Positions 57,638-64,000 of a stretch of DNA of 64,000 nt are shown one piece after another. The translations under genes and the position numbers were made by a program. This DNA comes from Bacteroidales bacterium (lineage in GTDB: Bacteria > Bacteroidota > Bacteroidia > Bacteroidales > AUK083). The stretch lies in assembly GCA_021158345.1 (NCBI GenBank), contig JAGGUV010000093.1, positions 57-64,056 of the forward strand, read 5' to 3'. Below the pieces are notes generated by a model, which was given only the letters and a program-made list of their open reading frames with translations, had not been told where the DNA came from and searched no databases. How positions within the stretch are numbered: the first letter of the stretch is position 1; each line of letters opens with the position of its first letter.

Positions 57638-58702
57638 ATGGGAATAAACAATTTAGTTAGGACAAGAGGTTTTAAAAATTTTATGGCTAAACTTTATGGT
57701 ATTGGGGCTGCTGTTGTTATGGTTGGAGCTCTTTTTAAACTTCAACACTATAATGGCGCAGGAATAATGCTTATGGTTGGATTAGGTACTGAAGCAACAA
57801 TATTTTTCTTTTCTGCTTTTGAGCCACCTCATGTAGAGCCCGATTGGAGTTTAGTATACCCTGAACTGGCAGGTATGTATCATGGTTATTCTGATGAAGA
57901 AACGAATAAAATAGGTACTAAAAAATCTAATAGAAAAACCGATTCAGTCACCCAAGAATTAGATAAAATGCTTAGTGAGGCTAAAATTGGTCCCGAGCTA
58001 ATCGAAAGTCTGTCAAAAGGCTTAAGAAATCTTAATAACACTACTGCTAAATTATCTGATGTTTCTGATATATCTCTTGCTAACAGTGAATTTATAGCTA
58101 ATATAAAAAATGCATCTGATAATGCTGCTGAATTATCTGATTCTTATAAGAAAACTTCTGAATTATTAAACAAAGACCTTGGCACTTCTGAGGACTATCT
58201 TAATAATATTAAAAATGCCAGTGTTGCTGCTGCTAAGCTTTCTGATACTTATGATCAAACATCAGAATCAATTAAGGCAAATTCAAAAACTTATAAAGAA
58301 GCTCTGGAAAATATAACTAGAAATCTTTCTGCTTTAAATACTATTTATGAAGTTCAGCTAAAAAGCACTGAAAAACAAGCTGATTCTTCAATGAAATTAA
58401 ACGAAAAAATTGCTGCCTTTGTTAACAATATTGATGGTACTATTGAAACCTCTTCAAAATACAAACAAAATTTAGTAGCTTTAAATACTGCTCTTGAATT
58501 ACAATTAGAGGGTTCAACTGAAAATATTGATGCTAACAAAAAATTCAAAGACACTCTTAATAAGCTCTTAATAAATCTAAATGAATCAAGTGAAAGAACA
58601 CTTAATTATAAAGAAAGTATTGATAACTTAGCTAAAAATATAGCTGCACTTAATAATGTTTATGGCAATATGTTAGCTGCTATGAATGTTAATAATAAAT
58701 AA
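57638..58702 (+). CDS. gldL: T9SS/gliding motor protein GldL (PorL)
   Basis: 354 aa. Two N-terminal TM helices (LYGIGAAVVMVGALFKLQHY...). C-terminal ...AALNNVYGNMLAAMN. Confidence 0.88.
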   Translation: MGINNLVRTRGFKNFMAKLYGIGAAVVMVGALFKLQHYNGAGIMLMVGLGTEATIFFFSAFEPPHVEPDWSLVYPELAGMYHGYSDEETNKIGTKKSNRKTDSVTQELDKMLSEAKIGPELIESLSKGLRNLNNTTAKLSDVSDISLANSEFIANIKNASDNAAELSDSYKKTSELLNKDLGTSEDYLNNIKNASVAAAKLSDTYDQTSESIKANSKTYKEALENITRNLSALNTIYEVQLKSTEKQADSSMKLNEKIAAFVNNIDGTIETSSKYKQNLVALNTALELQLEGSTENIDANKKFKDTLNKLLINLNESSERTLNYKESIDNLAKNIAALNNVYGNMLAAMNVNNK

Positions 58703-58715
58703 AATTTAGATAAAA

Positions 58716-60338
58716 ATGGCTGGATATAAAGAAACTCCTAGGCAAAAAATGATTGCCATGATGTATATAGTATTAACTGCACTCTTAGCACTTAATGTAT
58801 CTAAATCTATGTTAGATGCTTTTCTTGTAGTTAATGAAAGTATGGAAACAACAAATAAAAACTTTCAAGAAAAAATTGATGACACATATAATAATTTTGA
58901 AAAACAATTTAATCTTAATCAAACTAAAGTTAAACCATTTTGGGATAAAGCTAAGTTGGCTAGACAATATTCCAACAATATGATTAACTATATTGAAAGT
59001 TTAAAATTAGATATTATTATTAAAGCTGATCATCTTGAAAAAGATACTGCTAAAGCAAAAAAAATATTTGATAATATTTATTTGTTAAAACATAAAGATG
59101 ATTTTGATACCCCCACTCATTATTTTATTGGTAATTCTCAAGATGGTTCAAAAGGTAAAGCAAGAGAATTAAAAAATAAAATTAATGAATTTAAAATTAA
59201 TATGACTAATTTGGTTGAAGATAAATATAAAGATAAACTTAGATTAGGATTAGAAACTGAAGGAGAGTATCAAGATGTTTATGGTAAAAAACAAAATTGG
59301 GAAATGCATAATTTCTATCATACTATTGCTACTGCAGATATTGCTATTTTAAATAAATTTATTGCTGAGGTTCAAAATGCTGAACTTCATGTTCTAAACC
59401 ATTTATATCAAGCTGTTGATGCTGAAACTTTTAAATTTGACGAGGTAAATGCAAAAGTTATTCCTAAAACAAATTATTGCTTTCTAAATGATGATTATGA
59501 AGCTGAAATTTTAGTTGCAGCTTATAACACCAAACAAAATCCCGAAGTATTAATTCTTGAAGGCGTTGACTCTATTACTGCCCAAAATATAAAATTAGCA
59601 AGACCTATTCATGGTGATAAAGGAAAAGTTAAATTGACTTTACCTTCTATAACCGAAGGAAAGAAAAAATATGCAGGTATTATTAAAATGCAATCTCCTA
59701 CAGGTGAAACTAATTCATATTATTTTCACGATTCATATTATGTTGCAAAACCTTCTTTAACGGTTTCTGCAAAAAAAATGAACGTATTTTATGTTGGTGT
59801 TGATAATCCCGTTTCTATTTCTGTTCCCGGAATTGCTAAAGAACAAATTATTACTAATATTACTGGTGGTGGTAGTCTTACTAAAGACCCTAAAAGTGAT
59901 GATTACATTGTAAGAATTCCTAAAAGCGCTAAAAATAAAGCTGTTATTAAAATTAGCGCCAAATTTAATGGTAAAATTAAACCTATTGGTGAAGCTCAAT
60001 TCCGTGTTAAAAGAGTGCCTAATCCTATTGCTTATATTGCAAATAAAAATGATGGTTTGATTGATAAAGAGGCTCTTTTAACAGCAGGTGCTATTATCCC
60101 TCAAATGCCTTCAGATTTTGATTTTGAATTATACTATGTAATTACATCTTTTACTTTTACTACTTCAAGAGGTGGTGATATTATTGAAAAAAGAGCTAAA
60201 GGTAATAAACTCACTTCTGAAATGATGTCAATTATTAGATCTGCTAAAAAAGGACAAAGAATTTGGCTTGAAAATATTATTGCCAAAGGTCCTGATGGAA
60301 ATCGTAAACTGTCTTCTATTAACTTAAAAATAAAATAA
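58716..60338 (+). CDS. gldM: T9SS/gliding protein GldM (PorM)
   Basis: 540 aa with N-terminal ...PRQKMIAMMYIVLTALLALNVS... single TM and a large periplasmic region. Confidence 0.85.
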   Translation: MAGYKETPRQKMIAMMYIVLTALLALNVSKSMLDAFLVVNESMETTNKNFQEKIDDTYNNFEKQFNLNQTKVKPFWDKAKLARQYSNNMINYIESLKLDIIIKADHLEKDTAKAKKIFDNIYLLKHKDDFDTPTHYFIGNSQDGSKGKARELKNKINEFKINMTNLVEDKYKDKLRLGLETEGEYQDVYGKKQNWEMHNFYHTIATADIAILNKFIAEVQNAELHVLNHLYQAVDAETFKFDEVNAKVIPKTNYCFLNDDYEAEILVAAYNTKQNPEVLILEGVDSITAQNIKLARPIHGDKGKVKLTLPSITEGKKKYAGIIKMQSPTGETNSYYFHDSYYVAKPSLTVSAKKMNVFYVGVDNPVSISVPGIAKEQIITNITGGGSLTKDPKSDDYIVRIPKSAKNKAVIKISAKFNGKIKPIGEAQFRVKRVPNPIAYIANKNDGLIDKEALLTAGAIIPQMPSDFDFELYYVITSFTFTTSRGGDIIEKRAKGNKLTSEMMSIIRSAKKGQRIWLENIIAKGPDGNRKLSSINLKIK

Positions 60339-60355
60339 TTTAAAAAATTATAACA

Positions 60356-61216
60356 ATGAAAAGATTATTGATTATAGCATTTATTTTCACCATGACTCTG
60401 GGGTTTGCTGTTAAGACTTATTCTCAACAAATACTTGACACTCCTCCTAGAAATGGTGTTTATGATAAAAAAAGTACTGTTGAAAGGAATCCTCTTCCTT
60501 ATCCATACATTAGGGAAGCTGATGTTATGTGGACTAAAAGAATTTGGAGAGTGATTGATTTAAGAGAAAAAATGAATCAACCTTTCTATTATCCTGAAAC
60601 ACCTCAAAACGATTGGAGAAGTTTGGTAACTATAATTATGGATGCCTTAAAAGAAGGTTCTATTACTGCTTACGATGCTTCTACGCCTACTGATGAATTT
60701 CTTGTGCCTCTTACTTATCAGGAAATTATGAGCAGGCTCGAAAGAATTGATACTGTTCAGTATACAAGGCCTTATCCTCCTTATGATCTTTACGATACTA
60801 TTATCAAAAAAAGTTTCTATCCTTCTGACGTTAAAAGAATCAGAATTAAAGAAGATTGGATTTTTGATAAACAAAGGTCTCAGTTAGATGTGAGAATTAT
60901 TGGAATTTGTCCTGTTAGAGACAGCTATACTGAAAAAGGTGAGTTTAGAGGTTATGATCCTTTGTTCTGGATTTATTATCCTGAAGCAAGACCTATTTTC
61001 GCTAAATGCGATGTCTTTAACAGATTTAACAGTGCGGAAAGAAAATCTTATGATGTTGTCTTTCAAAAACGTATTTTCTCCAGTTATATTTATAAAGAAG
61101 ACAATGTTTATGATAGAAAAATTACAGAATATTCTACAGGCATTGACGCTTTATTAGAATCAGAAAGAATAAAAAATAAAATATTCGATTTTGAAGAAAA
61201 CTTGTGGTCTTATTAA
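60356..61216 (+). CDS. gldN: T9SS/gliding protein GldN (PorN)
   Basis: 286 aa with a signal peptide. Position after gldM. ...WTKRIWRVIDLREKMN... motif. Confidence 0.85.
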   Translation: MKRLLIIAFIFTMTLGFAVKTYSQQILDTPPRNGVYDKKSTVERNPLPYPYIREADVMWTKRIWRVIDLREKMNQPFYYPETPQNDWRSLVTIIMDALKEGSITAYDASTPTDEFLVPLTYQEIMSRLERIDTVQYTRPYPPYDLYDTIIKKSFYPSDVKRIRIKEDWIFDKQRSQLDVRIIGICPVRDSYTEKGEFRGYDPLFWIYYPEARPIFAKCDVFNRFNSAERKSYDVVFQKRIFSSYIYKEDNVYDRKITEYSTGIDALLESERIKNKIFDFEENLWSY

Positions 61217-61239
61217 AAAAATTAATAAGTCTATAAAAA

Positions 61240-61267
61240 CTCCCTGCAGAAAACAGGGAGTTTTTTT
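61240..61267 (+). terminator. rho-independent terminator after gldN
   Basis: Stem CTCCCTG (61240-46) / CAGGGAG (61254-60), T-run 61261-67. Confidence 0.8.
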
Positions 61268-61289
61268 ATGCTTTATACTTTAGTATTGT

Positions 61290-61297
61290 TATATTTG
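61290..61297 (+). promoter_or_regulatory. -7 box (TAnnTTTG) for recG
   Basis: TATATTTG lies 24 nt upstream of the ATG at 61321. Confidence 0.4.
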
Positions 61298-61320
61298 CAT
61301 TAATCTATTAATGTAAAATA

Positions 61321-63432
61321 ATGTCAACTGCTTTTTTTGAAACCCCAATAGAATATTTAAAAGGTGTAGGACCTAAACGTGCAGACCTCTTAAAAAAAGA
61401 ACTTAAAATATTTACTTTCTACGACCTTCTCACTTTTTTCCCTTTCAGATATGTTGACAAAAGCAAATTCTATAATATCAATCAAATTAATAATGATTTT
61501 ACCTATGTTCAGCTATGTGGTAAAATAATTAGCATTGATACAATTGGATCTAATATCAGAAACCAAAGGCTTGTAGCCAAATTAGAAGATAATACAGGTA
61601 TAATTGAACTTGTTTGGTTTAAAGGCTTAAAATGGATTAAAAATTCTCTGACTTTAAACAAAGAATATATTGTCTTTGGAAAACCAAATTATTTTAAAAA
61701 TAAATTTAATATCACCCACCCTGAAATTGAACTCAAAGAAGCTCATAATAACTCTGATTTTAAAGAAACATTCCAGGCTTTTTATTTCTCAACAGAAAAA
61801 CTAAAAGCTAAAGGTCTAAACAGCAAAGGTATAAGTAAATTAATTAAAACACTCTGTTTATCTGCAAAAGGTATTATTCCCGAAACTCTTAATGAAGACA
61901 TTATTAAAAGTCTGAAACTGATTTCAAGAGAACAAGCTTTGCTTAATATTCATCTCCCTAAAAATATTAATCTTCTTAAACAAGCACAAAGAAGACTTAA
62001 ATTTGAAGAACTGTTTTTTATTCAATTACAATTATTAAAACAAAAACTTAAAACCAAACAAACAGTTAAAGGACATAAATTTCTAACAGTTGGAAAATAT
62101 TTTAATAATTTCTATCATAATAATTTGCCTTTTAAACTTACCAATGCTCAAAAAAGAGTAATAAAAGAAATACGTGTTGACACTGGCTCAGGAAAACAAA
62201 TGAACAGGCTGTTGCAAGGCGACGTTGGCAGCGGGAAAACTCTCGTTGCTCTGATGACTATGCTTATTGCCCTTGACAATAATTACCAATGCTGCTTAAT
62301 GGCTCCTACCGAAATTCTGGCTAATCAACATTTTAATACAATTACTAAAATGCTTGAAGGTATTAATGTAAATATTGCCCTTTTGACAGGCTCTACAAAA
62401 ACCACCAAAAGAAATGAAATTTATGAGCAACTCTTAAACAAAAAATTACAAATATTAATTGGCACACATGCTTTGATAGAAGATAAAGTTAAATTTAATA
62501 ATCTGGGATTAGTAGTTATTGATGAGCAACACAAATTTGGTGTGGCACAAAGAGCCAAACTGTGGGAAAAAAATAATATCCCGCCTCATGTTCTTGTTAT
62601 GACTGCTACACCAATTCCCCGTACTCTTGCTATGACAATTTATTCTGACCTCGATATTTCTGTTATTGACGATCTGCCTCCAGGCAGAAAATCCATTAAA
62701 ACTTATCATTTCAAAGACTCTGACCGTCTGAAAGTTTTCGGCTTTATGAAAAGACAAATATTAAAAGGGCAGCAAATTTATATTGTCTTCCCTTTGATTG
62801 AAGAATCCGAAAAATTAGACCTGAAAGATCTTATGGATGGCTACGAAAGTATTGTCAGAGAATTTCCTTTACCTGAATATGCCGTTAGCATTGTACATGG
62901 CAGAATGAAAAATCAGGACAAAAATTTTGAGATGCAACGATTTATTAAAGGCGAAACACAGATAATGGTGGCAACAACTGTTATTGAAGTCGGCGTTGAT
63001 ATACCCAAAGCTTCTGTTATGATAATTGAAAATGCCGAACGCTTTGGACTATCACAACTGCATCAGCTCAGAGGACGCGTTGGCAGAGGCGCCGACCAAG
63101 CATATTGTATTCTTATGACTAAAGATAAACTATCTGAGGATGCTGCAAAAAGAATTAAAATTATGACTTCTACCAATGACGGGTTTATTATTGCCAAAGC
63201 CGACCTTGAGCTCAGAGGCCCCGGCGTTTTTAACGGCACTCAACAAAGCGGAGTTCTTAATCTTAAAATTGCAGACATTGTTAAAGATGAAAAAATCTTA
63301 ATATATTCCAAAAAATTAGCCCTTGAGATTCTTAATGACGACATCGAATTACATAAACCGAAATATCGCCCCCTTGCCGAACACCTTGCTTTCATTAATA
63401 AAAATAAAACCAACTGGTCTGTTATCAGCTAA
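61321..63432 (+). CDS. recG: ATP-dependent DNA helicase RecG
   Basis: 703 aa. Wedge domain plus SF2 motifs GDVGSGKT, DEQHKFG, QLRGRVGRG. Confidence 0.95.
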   Translation: MSTAFFETPIEYLKGVGPKRADLLKKELKIFTFYDLLTFFPFRYVDKSKFYNINQINNDFTYVQLCGKIISIDTIGSNIRNQRLVAKLEDNTGIIELVWFKGLKWIKNSLTLNKEYIVFGKPNYFKNKFNITHPEIELKEAHNNSDFKETFQAFYFSTEKLKAKGLNSKGISKLIKTLCLSAKGIIPETLNEDIIKSLKLISREQALLNIHLPKNINLLKQAQRRLKFEELFFIQLQLLKQKLKTKQTVKGHKFLTVGKYFNNFYHNNLPFKLTNAQKRVIKEIRVDTGSGKQMNRLLQGDVGSGKTLVALMTMLIALDNNYQCCLMAPTEILANQHFNTITKMLEGINVNIALLTGSTKTTKRNEIYEQLLNKKLQILIGTHALIEDKVKFNNLGLVVIDEQHKFGVAQRAKLWEKNNIPPHVLVMTATPIPRTLAMTIYSDLDISVIDDLPPGRKSIKTYHFKDSDRLKVFGFMKRQILKGQQIYIVFPLIEESEKLDLKDLMDGYESIVREFPLPEYAVSIVHGRMKNQDKNFEMQRFIKGETQIMVATTVIEVGVDIPKASVMIIENAERFGLSQLHQLRGRVGRGADQAYCILMTKDKLSEDAAKRIKIMTSTNDGFIIAKADLELRGPGVFNGTQQSGVLNLKIADIVKDEKILIYSKKLALEILNDDIELHKPKYRPLAEHLAFINKNKTNWSVIS

Positions 63433-63609
63433 CATATTTTAATCATAGATTTTACTCTATAGAGTTATTTTTTAGGAATAAAAATGGTATAATATACAAA
63501 AGCAGGCTGTTTTTGTTGCAATGAAAGTTAAATTTTTTTTGAAAATTAAGGGTAAATAAATTGTGTGAAAAAAAATTGGTTTTTTTGTTGCTTAGAAAAA
63601 AAAATGATT

Positions 63610-63617
63610 TATATTTG
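63610..63617 (+). promoter_or_regulatory. -7 box (TAnnTTTG) for tRNA-Val, with TTG about 20 nt upstream
   Basis: TATATTTG ends 12 nt before the tRNA 5' end. TTGTTG at 63585-90. Confidence 0.5.
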
Positions 63618-63628
63618 CAGTCCTCAAA

Positions 63629-63703
63629 GGGAGTTTAGCTCAGTTGGTTCAGAGCACCTGCCTTACAAGCAGGGGGTCACTGGTTCGAATCCAGTAACTC
63701 CCA
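63629..63703 (+). tRNA. tRNA-Val (anticodon TAC)
   Basis: Hand-folded cloverleaf: acceptor GGGAGTT/AACTCCC, D-arm GCTC/GAGC, anticodon stem CCTGC/GCAGG with loop CTTACAA, T-arm ACTGG-TTCGAAT-CCAGT. Confidence 0.92.
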
Positions 63704-63706
63704 CAC

Positions 63707-63740
63707 AAAAGCAGCTATTTTTTTATGTGGCTGCTTTTTT
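63707..63740 (+). terminator. rho-independent terminator after tRNA-Val
   Basis: AAAAGCAGC...GCTGCTTTTTT: stem GCAGC (63711-15) / GCTGC (63730-34), T-run 63735-40. Confidence 0.65.
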
Positions 63741-63898
63741 AGTATCATAGTTATTTTCTCTAAAATATTTCCCAAAATTTGAAATATTAAATATTTTTTT
63801 GTAATTTTGTATGAGACTATTTTATTTTTGAATATTTGGATTAAACAAAAATTGATATTCAGTAAATTAAGGTAGGAGTACATAAAAAAACAAGAAAA

Positions 63899-64000
63899 TG
63901 AGCCGAATCAGAATTTATTTTTCAGTAATAAGTCTTTTTTTATTATTAATTAGCATAAATAGTTGTTTTTCCAACAAAAGTTTTGCTCAGACCTCAATTG
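63899..64000 (+). CDS. 5' end of a hypothetical secreted/lipoprotein gene (runs off the window)
   Basis: ATG at 63899 opens MSRIRIYFSVISLFLLLISINSCFSNKSFAQTSI..., a signal-peptide-like N-terminus. Only 34 codons are visible. Confidence 0.3.

Overview
AT-rich chromosomal window from a Bacteroidota (Bacteroidales-like) genome, made up mostly of conserved housekeeping genes. It opens inside the 3' end of a 5S rRNA. In order it then carries: an Omp85-family protein; a RecD-like helicase; the tRNA-Gln/rimP-nusA-infB unit; a DUF2723 membrane protein; an ECF sigma/anti-sigma pair; lgt, dprA, fused murF-alr, pdxA and pepA; a lipoprotein/TonB-dependent-receptor/MORN operon; a PhoR/PhoB-like two-component pair beside a PiT phosphate transporter; waaA; a Wbp-type (WbpE/D/B-like) diacetamido-sugar cluster with galE, rfbB and a CpsB-type phosphatase; fabD, folE and bactofilin; a TPR lipoprotein (possibly SprE/PorW-like); M23 peptidase-dxr-rseP; the type IX secretion core operon porP-gldK-gldL-gldM-gldN; recG; and tRNA-Val. 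I see no defence island, CRISPR array, prophage, transposase or obviously novel protein-coding system. The unusual signals are non-coding. (i) Two inverted copies of a ~207-bp MITE-like element bracket 17.7 kb; each has 8-bp terminal inverted repeats and its own perfect 8-bp target-site duplication. (ii) A ~1-kb ORF-free gap lies beside one copy, and a ~0.5-kb ORF-free gap lies between convergent genes; both have repeat- and hairpin-rich cores. (iii) A diverged ~130-nt GC-enriched module is shared by two divergent promoter regions. (iv) Symmetric operator-like inverted repeats lie upstream of the ECF sigma operon and of the phosphate genes. (v) An intrinsic terminator is wedged between tRNA-Gln and the rimP start codon. 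All protein calls rest on motifs and architectures recognised by eye from the supplied translations. No database search, RNA folding or covariance analysis could be run. ORFs in the six-frame track that are not listed below were judged to be antisense or shadow ORFs of the real genes.
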